Positions 35,228-58,800 of a DNA stretch of 64,000 nucleotides are shown piece after piece. This DNA is from the human T2T-CHM13v2.0 reference genome, Homo sapiens: assembly GCF_009914755.1 (NCBI RefSeq), contig NC_060926.1; one strand, given 5' to 3'. The translations under genes and the position numbers were made by a program. Every line of letters starts with the position of its first letter. The stretch's first letter is position 1. Below the pieces are notes generated by a model. It made no database searches and was not told the origin of the DNA. It worked only from the letters and a program-made list of their open reading frames with translations.

Positions 35228-36788
35228 GGAAGAGAACTCCTTTTAGGTAGATTGGGAGAAAGACAGCAAGGGGATCTACTAACACTATTGTGTTTAACCA
35301 AGGGAGAAATGCTGAAAGCCTGAAGAAGTGGTAGGAGTAGAAAAGAGGGGCCGATGTGAGGAATGTCATAGATTCAACAGCTGATTGCTTCCTTGGCTGA
35401 CAGCATACAGGAGATGAAGGAGAGAAAGGAGTTGACAGTCGTCTCAGGGTCTCTGGCCGGTTGTCTGAGAGAATGAGGTATACTGAAGGAGAAGCTGACA
35501 GGAAGGGAGAAGAGGGGAGATGATGAGCTCGATTTTATAGTTTAGAGCAAAGGAATCATTGGATAACCCAAAAGAGCTGTCCAGCAGGCAAAGGGAAATG
35601 TGGGTTTGCAGCTGAGAAGGAGGGAGGTAGCTGAATGTAGAGATCTGGGGATTGTTTGCTTGGATGGTGGCTCTGGGTATGGGGATGAATAAGATGCCTT
35701 GGTAGGGTGGGACCAGCAATACAGCTATGGGCAGAATCCTAGGAAACGGGCAGAGTTGAGGGATAAGCTGAGGAACAAGAGGGTGTGAAGAGCCGAGAGG
35801 AAGCAGTATGTGATAAAGGAGGACCTGTGGAGAGTTGTGTGAAGTGGGGAGAGAACTTTCCTGGCCCTGCCATTTATTTACCTGCCTTGCCATCGGCAAG
35901 TAGACTAAGCTCTTGGGCCTTACCTTCCAGTGAAATCAGAAAGTTAGACTACATAAACTTTACAGGCTCTTCAATGAGAAAAGATCTTAGGAAAAAAAAT
36001 TGAAATCAATTCAAATGGATATTGTGGTTTTCTCTGAATCCCTCTAGCTGTTTGTTCATATCACTCATCTAACACTGAATACAGACTGCTGTGTGTTGAT
36101 GTTTTATACTTCTGTGTAAACTTTTGAGCCGTGACAGATGGTGTCACTCCCATTCTTGATTATTCATTTGTTCACTCATTCATGTCTAACATATCTGCTG
36201 TGTGCATCCTACATGCTGCTATATACTCAGTGCTAGGAGCACAGTGAGCAAGGCACAGTCCCAGAGCCTCAGTGGCTTAGAGGGGTTAACTAACAAGAAA
36301 AAACGCAATTACAGCTCAGGAAGAAAAAGTTCCTATCCACAACAATAGAACATGTGTTGTATTTGAGTAAAAGAGAAAAAATGATTAGGAATCACTTTAC
36401 TTAAATATTTTTACTGCTATAGGAAGACAAATGGCTTTCTTAACATATGAATCAAAAATTGGGGTGTTTTGATAAACTTCAAGTAATTTAAGAAAAGCCT
36501 AGTGAGTGATGTTGAATCACTTTTACCAACTGATAAAATATTTGAACTATCATTTTCACAATAACCATTAGTTGAACGATTCATATAATTGATATAAGCA
36601 GTGTTTCACAAGTACTTGAAACAAGTAAATCCTATAAAAATTCAACATATAAATAACTGGAAAGTAAAAAATGAGTTTTTAACAAGTAGGATAATTATTT
36701 TCTTGGATGTCAGTAACGAGAAAAATATGTGGAAATGAAGCAAAAATGCAATCTTCTAAGACTTTCCTTAGCTGTCAAAACCTAGGGA

Positions 36789-37835
<1,047 letters not shown>

Positions 37836-39117
37836 ACATTCCAGATAATGAGAAGTGCTATGGAGAGAATTAAAATAGGATGATGTGGTAGAGACGCCTG
37901 CCTGGCCACTTCAGGCTGGGTGGTCAGGGAATGCCCTTTGAAGAGGTGAGAGTAAGACAAGACCGGAATGACAGGAAGGACGCAGCTGTGCAGAGACCTG
38001 GGGAGAGGAGAGACTTCAAGGCAGAAGGAACAGCTCAGCGATAGTGCGCTAAATCTTTCCTTGCTTTAATTTGAATGCACTGACAAATCCTCCTCTTCCT
38101 TTGGGGCTCCAGCGAAAGGTTTTTAAGTGTAATTTTATGACTGATATTCCCAGAGAGTGAACTGACAGGCTAGGAGTGATGATAAAAGCGGGTGTGTGGA
38201 AGAAAACAGGGCAGAGACCAGGATGAGGCAAATGAGATGCTTCAGGCACAAAATGTAAGGCCATGCAGTGCAAATGACTCACAGAGTTCTGCCTCCCTGC
38301 ATTTTGCACCCTAAGCACTTCGCTAGCCTCACTCTTGTCACAGCCCTGGGAAGAAGGGAGAAGAAGTAGAGTTGTGAGATATGCTGGTGCTTTGAAGATC
38401 CAGCAGGTTTGGGTGTAGAGGGGGAGATAAAATGGAAAACATTAAAACAGCCTAGGAGGAGGACCGCCCCCCCCCCCCCCCCATATACATACTTCCAGCC
38501 CCAGGACCCGGATCCCACACAGCAGCCCTCCGCCTGGGGGCACCCTTCACAGCTTCTCAGGATGATAGACTGTCATGCCCCACGAGTCTGGGTACGTTTC
38601 TTTAGCTTCTTGAGTTCATAACTGGACTGGCAGTGTGAGAAGCACACAAGGCCACCCTGTGTGGCACCTGTGACAGCAGGCATGCCAGATTGCCTGCCAT
38701 TGGTTAAGGAGACAGCTGCCAAGACCTGAAGGGACACCACTGCTTATCGAGGGTATCTTTCTATAAGGATTCTACTGCTACCATCTTTTACAGATAGGTG
38801 TCAAGTAAAAGTTGTCTGTGTTGGGAAATTCCCAGAAAGGTGATCTGTTGGGTGAGTTCCTCCCTGGCCTCCTACAGAGCCAGCTAAGGACAAGCTGAAG
38901 GATAATGGCAGCATGGCAGGAACAGGCGATCTGAATTAGGTGACAGGGAATGATTTTCAGCCTCAGCGTTGCAGTATTGTGTGCCTGAATCAAAATACCA
39001 CCACTCCCTATTTTTTGTGTGCTAAATTTTAAAGGATTATTACATTACCACACTGTGGAATCTCTTTTGTTTGTTATCCTTTAAAAAAATGCTGTTTTCT
39101 TTTTTTCTTTTTAAAAG

Positions 39118-39428
39118 AATATGGATTGTGCTCAGTTCCGTTTGAAAATAAGCTCTATCTAGTCGGTGGACAAACTACAATCACAGAATGCTATGACCCT
39201 GAACAAAATGAATGGAGAGAGATAGCTCCCATGATGGAAAGGAGGATGGAGTGCGGTGCCGTCATCATGAATGGATGTATTTATGTCACTGGAGGATACT
39301 CCTACTCAAAGGGAACGTATCTTCAGAGCATTGAGAAATATGATCCAGATCTTAATAAGTGGGAAATAGTGGGTAATCTTCCCAGTGCCATGCGGTCTCA
39401 TGGGTGTGTTTGTGTGTATAATGTCTAA
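39118..39428 (+). CDS. KLHL23: KLHL23 last coding exon (final Kelch repeats, stop TAA)
   Basis: Long pyrimidine tract then AAAAG|AA; encodes YGLCSVPFENKLYLVGG...HGCVCVYNV*; total CDS 1213+153+311=1677 nt = 558 aa. Confidence 0.97.
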
Positions 39429-41830
39429 TTGAATCTGCAGAAATGACCAAGCAATCACTTTTTTGGAGTATAGTTTTATAAAAAAAGAATGCAGGGTTTG
39501 AAGTTCCTTACCTGATAATTGTGTCTGGCACATGATAGGGGATCAGTAAATTGTAATTCCTAACCCTACTGTACTCCCAAACATGGTGATTCATGGTCAA
39601 GAAAAATCTTATATATATATATACACACACATATATATGTGTTCATATATATGTATACATATATGTGTATATATACGCATGTATGTATACATATATGTGT
39701 ATATATACGCATGTATGTATACATATATGTGTATATATACGTATGTATGTATACATATGTGTATATATACGTATGTATGTATACATATATGTGTATATAT
39801 ATACGTATGTATGTATACATATATGTGTATATATACGTATGTATGTATACATATATGTGTATATATACGTATGTATGTATACATATATGTGTATATATAC
39901 GTATGTATGTATACATATATGTGTATATATACGTGTGTATGTATACATATATGTGTATATATACGTGTGTATGTATACATATATGTGTATATATACGTGT
40001 GTATGTATACATATATGTGTATATATACGTGTGTATGTATACATATATGTGTATATATACGTGTGTATATATATACACATATATACGTATATATGTATAT
40101 ATATATACACAGTTGAATCAGTGGGATTAATACCTATAATCTCTGGTTTTCAAAGGTAATATGGAATATTTGACACTTGGTAAAAGGTGAACTACCTTTG
40201 TAGTGAATCTTTTCCTCTTGGTAGCATCAACACTGGGGATAAATCAGAACCATTCTGTGGAATGAAATGTTTCTCAAGAGCCTATAATATAGTAGATAGT
40301 GCATATTAAGATGTCTGGCTGGGCATGGTGGCTCATGCCTGTAATCCCAGCACTTTGGGAGGCTGAGGCGGGAGGATCACTTGAGCCTAGAAGTTGGAGA
40401 CTAACCTGGCGAGACCCTGTCTCAAAAAAAAAAAAAAAAATCAATTTAGCTAGCAGGAATTTGACATTTAAAGAGGGAATCTTCTCTACCTCTACAAAAT
40501 CAACACTTAACACTTTTTTCACCTTCAGAATTATTTAGAATGTGGATTTACTTTGTCTAGTTTTTTCCTTTATAGTGTAATTTATTGTTACTCTCTATTT
40601 ACTGACTACCAGAGATATACAAAATACTGTGCAAAAGATTGTTACTGTTCAAAGAGCTTACAAACTAAATTTAAAAGAATAGCAAGTCTGAAAAATAGAA
40701 GATAGTCAAATATTTGTTTATGCTAAGAACTGTTTTTAATTTTCAGCTTTGATGTAAATTGCTAGCTTAGGTGTCTTTAGTTCAAGCATGTTAGGAAATC
40801 CTCTTTATTCTTAAATATAGATACATGTCTGCATATATGATTGAATTTTAGAGCCAGAAAGCATGTAGAGCAGTTGTGATTAGTAGAAAATACACTGACA
40901 AGAAGATATTTGCATTTATTTCCCAAAGCTGCCAGTAACTAGATTTTGTGACTTAAGTCATTTAACCTCTCCTTGATTAGAGCTTCCTGAGCCATGCACA
41001 CTGGCACTGCAAATCACAGACAGGCCTAGATACAGATCCCCTCACCCCTTGCTACATCCAAAGGTGGCCTGGGTGGCTGGAGCCTCTGGGCCAGAACCAC
41101 CTTTGTCCATTTTCCTCAGTGTGCCTACAGCATCGCTTTCCATGTGTGCCATAACTTGGGAATAGTTGGGATGTGTTGCTTAACTCCTTTACACCATTAG
41201 TTATCTGTGAGACCATCTATTCCACACTCTTCATTTTTTAAAAAGAGACAATAATTATTTTTAACTCACTGAAGTTTAAAACTACCTAGCATTTCTGATT
41301 AAAAAAAATTTAGAAGGAAAATTTTAATGCATTTATTTCAGATGGCGTTTTAAATAGATACAACCCTTTGGAAACACAATATGGTACTACATAGCAAGGG
41401 CTGTAAAAATGACCATATCCTTTGCCCCATAAATTCTACTTCTATACTTTTAACCTTAAAAATAATTCAGAAAAAAGATAAATGCATGAAGACATTTATG
41501 TCTGCATTCTTTATAATAACAAAAATTGGGGAAAAAAACTCCATGTCAAGAAAGTGGGATAAGAAAAATAGTGAAGTATTATACTGCCATTAAAATAATT
41601 ATTTGGAAGACTGTAGAAACGTGGACATGTTTGATATGGTAAGTAAAATGAGCACAATACAAAATAGTATGCATACTATGATTGTGACTTTGTAAAATCT
41701 TTATGCATGTGGAAGGTAATCTGCAAAACAAATTCATTGTGTTAGTGTAGCGGGATATGGAATGACTTTATTTATTTAAATCTTTTCTTTAATATTACTT
41801 TGTATTTTCAATAAAAATAAATCACTGTAC
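39429..41830 (+). other. KLHL23: KLHL23 3'UTR (end uncertain; candidate polyA signals CATAAA 41428-41433 and AATAAA 41810-41821)
   Basis: Follows the stop codon; contains a TA-rich tandem repeat and an Alu monomer at 40317-40440. Confidence 0.6.
39610..40110. repeat. TA-rich tandem repeat, about 32-bp unit, about 13 copies
   Basis: Unit GTATGTATACATATATGTGTATATATACGTAT read at 39841-39872 and repeating. Confidence 0.95.
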
Positions 41831-42734
41831 ATAGTAAGACTGCTTGAATTTGGGCTGATTGGGTTGCAGGATAGTCTGAATTAATGAAAACAAGTGAGTT
41901 ATACACTACTTCAATCTGTAATTGAATTGTAGACTATTTTATTGCTCTGAAGAACATTTAGCAATTAATGCTAGAACTAATATGCTGCTCAGTAGTGCTT
42001 TAGAGATCCACTTTATGGCATAGGTGAGAACAATTGCAGTCACCTTCCCCTCCTTTGCCAGTTTATGTAGGTCCTATGAACTCCTGAGTCAAGTCTGGCC
42101 TTCTCTGGAAAGTCTTTCCTGTTTCAGCCACAGTAAGACTCCCATTGTCACATTTAAGAATTGGTCATTTATATATGAATTGTGTATCTCTTGGCTAAGT
42201 TAGAGATTATGGACCGCATCTTATTATTGGCCTTCTCAAGATCTAGTATTTCATATGTACGTCCAGCATACAAGGACGATGATATGGATTATTTTTACAG
42301 AAAAGCATGCTGGAGGTGCTTGAAGGATCTTGAAAATAGTTTGTGATCTGAGGTATTTAATTTTCAGCTCCTATTTTCTGTTTGTTTTTTGAATTTTTAT
42401 TTTTATTTTTATTTTTTTATTTTTAGTAGAGAGAGGGTTTCACCATGTTAGCCAGGCAGGTCTTGAACTCTTGACCTCAGGTGATCCGCCCATCTTGGCG
42501 TCCCAAAGTGCTAGGATTACAGGCATAAGCCACTGCACCTGGCCTCTTTTTGAATTTTTAAAATGCTGTACTTTGTGTCAAAAGCTCCTGTTTTCTGTTA
42601 GAAAACATTTTTGCTATGGATTTGTGCACAGCAAAAAGGATTACAAAGGTGTACAGGTTTGTCAACTTTTTCAAATTTGAAGTCACTGCGGTATGATGAA
42701 AAATATTTTGCTAAGGCCAAACATTTTAGTAATC

Positions 42735-43203
42735 CCAGCCTGTAATCCCACGCCTGTAATCCCAGTACTTTGGGAGGCTGGGGTGGGAGAATTGCTTGAG
42801 GCCAGGAGTTCGAGACCAGTCTGGGAAACATAGGGAGACCTTATCTGTACAAAAAATAAAAAAAATTAGCCCAGCATGGTGCATGCCTGTAGTTCCAGCT
42901 ACTTGGGAGACTGAGTAGGGAGGATCCCTTGAGCCCAGGAGTTTCAGGTTACAGAGAGCCACGATCACACTGTACTCCATCCTGAGCAACGGAGTGAGAC
43001 CTTGTCTCTACAAAAAAAAAAAAAAAATATATCTATCTATCTATATATATATATCTATATATATATATCTATATATATATATATCTATATATATATATCT
43101 ATATATATATATATCTATATATATATATCTATATATCTATATATATATATCTATATATATATCTATATATATATATCTATATATATATGTATGTATGTAT
43201 GTA
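42735..43203 (+). repeat. Alu followed by a (TATATATCTATA)-type AT microsatellite (43028-43203)
   Basis: Alu consensus whose A tail runs into the AT/CT repeat. Confidence 0.9.
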
Positions 43204-43465
43204 TTTTTGTATTTTTGTCTTTCACTAAAATCAAATGCAAGCCATTGCTTTGGGAGGTCAAACATTATTTTACAAAATAGTGAAAATCATGGAGATTATT
43301 TTAAGCGTGGATTAATTAAGATGAGTTTATCCAAATTTTAGAAGCTGTTATTTCTCTTAGGTTTTATTTTCAGTGTTTTAGCTGGAACTGAAAGAGGATT
43401 AGCATCTAGGGTACTTGCTCAAAGGCACATTGCCCTATGTTTTCACATTTATATAAATAAATATC

Positions 43466-43732
43466 TGTAAGCCCCAACTCTCAATGTGACTATATTTGGA
43501 GATACAGCCTTTATGGAAGTAATTAAGGTTAAATGAGGTACTGAGGATAGGGCCCTGATTTAACATAAGTGTCATTATAAGAAAAGACATCTTGCTGTCT
43601 GAAAGCCAGAAGCAAGCCCTCACCAGAACCCAACCATATTGGCACCCTGATCTCAAACTTCCAGCCTCCAGAACTGTGAGAATAAAAATTGCTTGTTTGC
43701 CACCCATTATGGTAGCCCAAGCTGACTAATAC
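43466..43732 (+). mobile_element. MaLR LTR fragment (MLT1-like)
   Basis: AATGTGACTATATTTGGAGATA...GCTGACTAATACA. Confidence 0.7.
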
Positions 43733-44186
43733 AGACTGCAGAGGAGATCACCGTTTATATGATCAGTTTAGGTGCTGGATCAGCCAGTAGCAGACAGTCA
43801 GCCCTCCATCCTCCCTCCCTTCACGTATGCAAAGCAACAAAAAACACTTGTTTTATTAGTCTGAAAATGTCTGAAACTATAAATACGGCTTACATTTCTT
43901 AGGTCACAGCAGACACAGCTTGGGGCTTCTGTCTGCCTTAGAGCAGTTCTTCCAAAGGCTGTGACTGTGCTGATGCCCTAACTCTTTTTTTATGAGGCAC
44001 TTACACTTGGACTATGCTATGGTTTGGATGTTTGACCTCTCCAAGTCTCATGTTGAAATTTGCTCCCCAGTGTTGGAGGTGAGACCTAATGAGAGGTGTT
44101 TGGGTCATGGGGGCAGATCCCTCATGGATAGATTAACCCCCTCCCTTGTGGGTGAGTTCTCTGTTCCAATGAGAGCTGGTTGTTAA

Positions 44187-44582
<396 letters not shown>

Positions 44583-44843
44583 TAGTCTCAATCTCTTTAC
44601 CTCGTGATCCATCAGCCTTGGCCTCCTAACGTGCTGTCATGAGCCACCCCACCCGGCCTAAATAAACCTTTTTTTCTTAATAAATTATCAGTCTCTGGTA
44701 TTCTTTTATAACAATACAAAATGGAATAAGACAGAAAATTGGTACTGAGGAGTGGGGTATTGCTTTAACAATACCTAAACATGAGAAAGCAGCTTTGGAA
44801 CTGGGTAATGGGCTGAGGTTGGAAGAGTTTGGAGGGCTCAGAA

Positions 44844-45820
44844 TGTAACCAGACTTAGGTTCAGCTGCTGCTGCTCAAACACCAGACATTAGAGGCTAGG
44901 ATTGGTGGGAGGAAAAGCAGGTTTAATTGGAGAGCCAGCAAACTTGAGAACATAGTGAACAAGCATTCGAAAGTACCATCTTTATTTTTTTCTTCAACTT
45001 TTATTTTAAGTTCCCGGGTAGATGTGCGGATGTGCAGATTTGTTACACAGGTAAACGTGTGCCATGGTAGTTTGCTGCACAGATCATTCCATCGCCTAGG
45101 TATTAAGCCCAGCGCCCATTAGCTGTTCTTCCTGATGCTCTCTGTCCCCTCAACCCCCATCCCCACAGGCCCTAGTGTGTTGTCCCCCACCATGTGTCCA
45201 TGTGTTCTTATCATTCAGCTCCCACTTAAATTGAGAACATGTGGTGTTTGCTTTTTTTGTTCCTGCATTAGTTTGCTGAGGATAATGGCTTCCAGGTTCA
45301 TCCATGTCCCTGCAAAGGACATGATCTCATTTTTTATGGCTGCATAGTATTGCATGGCGTATATGTACCACATTTTCTGTATCCAGTCTATCACTGATGG
45401 GCATTTAGGTTGATTCCATGTCTTTGCTATTGTGAATAGTGCTGCAATGAAAGTACCATCTTACATTTTAAAATTTACCATAGGATTTTTAAAGGGAAAC
45501 TTGGAGACATGTGGAGGTGCAGGGTACAGGGTCTGTGTGTCTTGTTCCAGTGGTTATCTTGGGTAATGCCTGTCCAGACGTCTGGTTGGCATTATCTTGA
45601 CTTTGGCCTGATAATGGTGGACTAATTGTTGGTTACTCCCTCCAAATGGGAGAATTCCTCAATGAGGGCTCTGTCCCTGATTTGTTTCAAGGTTAGCCTC
45701 TGGGATTTCTCAAGCAAGAGCCTAATTAGATAAGCATACATTGTGCTGAAAGGGAGTGTCTAGAGAGGGAAGGAAGAAAAAGAAAGTGGGTGATTTTTAA
45801 CACCGAGGCCCCTGGTTACA
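44844..45820. mobile_element. Solo LTR (ERV1 class by 4-bp TSD) nested in the MST internal region
   Basis: TGTAACC...GGTTACA termini; TSD AGAA at 44840-44843 and 45821-45824. Confidence 0.75.
44983..45448 (-). mobile_element. L1 3' end fragment nested in the solo LTR
   Basis: Reverse L1 3'UTR; TSD GAAAGTACCATCTT at 44969-44982 and 45449-45462. Confidence 0.9.
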
Positions 45821-48493
45821 AGAAGACAAAAAGATGAGGAATTTAGAGATTGGAAATTCTAAGAGGTTGGAACTTCTTACAGATTGATTAATTGGTTATG
45901 ACCAAAATGCTGATAGAAATGTAGACAGTATGTCAAATGGGGACTTTTAAAAAATTAAAAAAAATTAAAAAAAAATATAGACAGTAAAGGCCATCTTGAC
46001 AAGGTCTCAGGTGGAAATGAGGAACTTACTGGGAACTGAAGCAGAGATCACCCATGTTACAGCACAGCAAAGAACTTGGCTGCATTGTGTCCATGCCCTA
46101 GGGCTTTGTGGAAGACCAAACGTAAGAGTAATGACCTAGTGTAATTGACAGAAGAAATTTCTAAGCAGCAAAGCAATCGAGAAGTGTATGATTACTTTTA
46201 ACAGCATATGTTGAATTGCAGCAGCAAAGGAATGACTTAAAGGCAGAATTTATCATTAAAAGCAGAGTGTAAAATATTGGAAAATTCTCAGCCTGGTCAT
46301 GTAATAGAGAAGGAAAGAGCATATTCAGGAGAGGAATCCAAGGGTCAAGCTGGAGCCACAGGTTGCTAAAGAGTTTAGGGTGACAAAAAGGGATCTAGGT
46401 ACTAATAGTCAAGACAGTGGGGAAAAGGCCACAAAGGCATTTCACAAATCGAAATTTCCGCTGGGCAGCCACCCCTCCCATCACAGGCCTAGGGGTATTA
46501 GGAGGACAGATTGGTTTTGGGGAACAGGACCAGGGCACCACTGCTCCTCACTGCTTCAGGATGCTGTTCCCAGGCTGTAGCAGCTGTGGCTCAAATGACC
46601 CCAGGAACCCCAGATAAGATTGGTGCTGCTGCTCCAGAGGGCACGAGGTGGAAGCCTTGGTGATATCCACGTGGTATTAATTCTGCAGGCCCACAGAATG
46701 CAAGAGCTATGGAGATGTGGCTTCCACTTAGATTTCAGAGGATTTATTGGAAAGCCTGGGTGCCCAAGCAAAAGCCTGCGGCAGAGTCAGACCCTTCACA
46801 GCCAGCCTCTGCGAGAGTAATGCCTGGTGGATTTGCAGGAGGGCCACTGCCTTCCAGCCCCCAGAATGATAGAGCCACCAGCAGTGTGTACCTTCAGCCT
46901 GGAAAAGCCTCTGGCATTTGACTCCACCTTATGAGAGCAGCCACATGGGCTGCACCCAGAAAAGCCACAGGGATGGGTCTGCTCAAGGCCTCAGGACCCA
47001 CCAGTGTGCCCAGGTTGCGGGACATAGAGGAGATTATTTTGGAGTTTTAAGATTTAATGCCTGCCCTGCTGGGTTTTGGACACGCATGGGGCCTATTACC
47101 CTTTTCTTTTCACTGATTTCTCCCATTTGACATGGGAATGTTTGACATGGGAATGCCTGTATAACCATTGTATCTTGGAATGAAATAACTTGTTTTTTAT
47201 TTTACATGCTCATAGCTGAAAGGAACTGTTCTTGAATCTCAGATGAGATTTTGGACTTTGGACATTTGAGTTGGTACTGGAACAACTTAAGACATTTGGG
47301 ACCGTTGAGATGGATGATTGTACTTTACATGTGGGAAGGACATCAGTTTTGGGGGCCAGGGGTGGAATGCTATGGTTTGGAAATTCTTCCCCTCCAAACC
47401 TCATGTTGAAATTTGATCCCCAGGATTGGAGATGGGGCCTAATGGGAGGTGTTTGAGTCATGGGGGCAGACCTAGAGCTGTGGTTGGCCAAGTTCCCTGC
47501 TGTTGGGACTAAGCTGGCGTGAATGAAGAGAACAGATACAGATGCCCAGTGACTGGGGATGGGGGATGATGTTAACGTCTGGTTCTAGGCCTTCCTGACA
47601 CAGTTCCATTCCTGTCTTTTCCACAGTTGGATGGTGATGTGACCCAATAGATCCTTTTTTGTTTTGAATCAAGTTTCTATCTCTTGCAACGAAAAATATG
47701 CTAAGTCAAGGAAGGGCTTTGTCCCTTGTTAAAATGTAAATATTTTTGGAAAGTGTATTGTGTTTTCTATCACTTCTGTAAGAAATTACCACAAACTTAG
47801 TAGCTTAAAGTAATACAAATTTATTTTATAATTCTGCAGGATAGAAGCGTGGTACAGGATTCACCATATCAGTGTTAGGAGCCTTAATTCTCCTTTCCAT
47901 GTAACCTGATACACAGATTCCAAAGATCAAGATGTAGACATCTTTAGGGGACCATTATTCTGCATACCACAGATAGTGATATATTGTCTTATCCTGACTT
48001 TCGCAATTCCATTTGATTTGAGAGGAGATTCTGACAGAAAGAAAAAGAAAAAAACAAAAAACAATGATGGGTGTCAGGAACTCCTGAGGAGTGGAAGATA
48101 GAAAGTAGGTTTAGGAAAAAAAAAAGAAGTTGGTGACAGGGTCATTGACTATTAGACCATTCTGCCAAGGGCTGGAAGCAAAATATAATGCAAGAGAAGT
48201 GACTAATTGTGTCAAAGATGTAGATTATCAAGAGCCCCAGGTCTTTTTGCATATTAGGAGGCCATGTAACTTGAATCTTAATTACCCTAAGCCAATCATG
48301 GATAGTCCATCCTCCTTGCCAGTGTTTGGTGGAGGAATGTATGTGAAGCAGTTCTAACCTCTAAGATATTAGAAGAAGGGTTCTAGGGGGGTGGTCCTCT
48401 AGCAAAAAAAAAAAAAAAAAAAAAAAAAAGGTTTTTGCTCCTAGGAGAGAGAAAGACTCAAGGTGATAAAGAGTTCATCTTTCTTGAGGCTAA

Positions 48494-50083
<1,590 letters not shown>

Positions 50084-50094
50084 TAGTCCTTTTA

Positions 50095-51203
<1,109 letters not shown>

Positions 51204-52315
51204 ATATAGTAGTCTTTAGTAAAATTGGGGTATATAAATTATAAAAATTCAAGAAAAGAAGAAGTTGTGACACAAATTTTATGGACTATATAGCAATGAA
51301 CATAAAAATATGGCCAACAGAACTGTCTTCTTAAAATCCGGGGCATCGTCATACAGTCTTTAACTCTGAATTGAATTTCGATGTTATTTTGAAGTTGTGA
51401 GTCATAGACTGTTAAACTCGTACTGGGGCCCTCTGAGTTAAAAGATAATATTTTTGTGGGGGCCTCACTGGACGGGTGTTGAGCATCCTGCTCAAACCTC
51501 CAGTGAATATTGCAGATCCCAACTGGCCGCCTCCTAAGGGTGTTCTGAGCTGGTTTAGGAAGAGTCACTGCAAATTGTGCCACGTTGGATACACAAGATT
51601 GCCAACATTTCAACTTTTACCTTTGAAATTCAAAACAGACCACAAGATTGTATACCTACAAGTACCTACAGAGGTTCTCGTTGGGAAATCTGAAGTACCA
51701 GCACTGTATCCATCAGCCTTAATAGACTGTAGTTAATTATTACCCACTCCCCAACCTTTGTTCAGTGGCATTTAAAAGTCAGGCTGAGCATGTATAATCT
51801 GTGAACACTTTCAGCAGAGACTTGTGAAATACATCTTTCATTTGAAAGTTCACAGACAAACTTTTGTTTCTAGTTCTTTCCTGGACAGATAAATACATAA
51901 AAGTGGTACTTGTGGTTTCCCGAAGGTGTGTTTCTGCAGCCCTTCTCTAACCCTTTATAGCTTTTCCCTCCTCACACCTTGACCATCAAGGAAATGAGTC
52001 GTACCTTCTTCCCTGTCGAGAGAACACAGGCCCTCCTTGTGCGCGGGCAGACATTTGAGATTAGAGCTTTACTAGTTGTATGATTTTTTGAAAACTTTAT
52101 TTACTGTTAAATATGATACGAATACAGAAATCCACATGAGACAAATGTACAGCTTGAGTTATTAAAGGGCAACTACCTTGCAACTGGCATCCATGTCAGG
52201 AGAGAATACCTTGCCAACTACCCCAGACACCCTCCACATGTATCTCCTAAACCCTTATCGATAACCTCTGTCTTCACTATGGGGATTATTTTCTTTCTCT
52301 TGGATATTATCCACC

Positions 52316-53061
<746 letters not shown>

Positions 53062-53346
53062 TCACCCAACTGTAAATCTCTAAACACTGTATTTAGCTTT
53101 GCTTTGTCTTTTAGCTCTCTTATTTTATAAATTCCTTGTCCATCTCTTCTTTATTTCAACTCCTGGCAGTGTATTTGTTGAAGAACCTTGATCATATATC
53201 CTACTTTTTCAATGTTGGTATTTTACTGATTCATGTTGTGTAGATTAGCACATTCCTCTGTTCTCTGTATGTCCTATATGTTGATACTTAGATCTAGAGG
53301 CCTAATCAGATTCAGGTTTGATTTTGTTTTTGTCAAGACTACTTCA

Positions 53347-55755
<2,409 letters not shown>

Positions 55756-55929
55756 GGATTTCTTAAACATTTTAGTCAGAAAGCAGATGAGAAGGTGAGG
55801 TTGAAACTGGCAAGCTGCCACCTGAAACTTGAGATTTTAGTAAGAAGGAAAGAATGGTATGGAATTCCAGCCAGAAATACTAAACATACATTAAAAGTAG
55901 GAAAGTTTAGAGCATTTTGTTCTTCATAA

Positions 55930-56556
<627 letters not shown>

Positions 56557-56984
56557 TGTCCTTCATAATTTCTGAAAGTCTTTGAAACACGATCTTTGTT
56601 AGAACTTCCTTCTGCTTTTCTCTTCCCCAATTCCTAGTATAAGGCATTTATTCTCAGAGGTTCAGCTTTTAGAAAGGCTCTTCCATGTAACATTTTTGCT
56701 TGTCAACATGTTAGGAGGTCCAATCAACACACACACACAAAAGAAAAGTATTTTCCAGTATTTTTAACACAAAGTTATTGGTTTGAAAACATGCCTATTC
56801 CCTTTTATATCTGCTTTTGAAAGAAGTTAGGAAGACAAGGTAATGGAGCCCATAACCTTTGTCTTCTTGAACAAGAAGAAACTTGTCTAAGAAAGTTTGG
56901 GGCAGGAATTGCACACAGTTAAGAAGCCCCATGAATCCAAACATTTACTCAGCCTCACTAAAATGACAGCATACAACTGGTTTA

Positions 56985-58800
<1,816 letters not shown>

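Noticed and set aside
39650-40080. 32-bp periodic repeat resembling a CRISPR array
   Set aside because: No unique spacers, no cas genes, and the context is mammalian
39566-40159. Overlapping 120-190 aa Tyr/Ile/Val-rich ORFs on both strands
   Set aside because: Artefact of a stop-free TA-rich tandem repeat in the 3'UTR
51239-51736. Non-repeat stretch with 124-aa and 86-aa ORFs
   Set aside because: No recognisable homology; lengths compatible with chance
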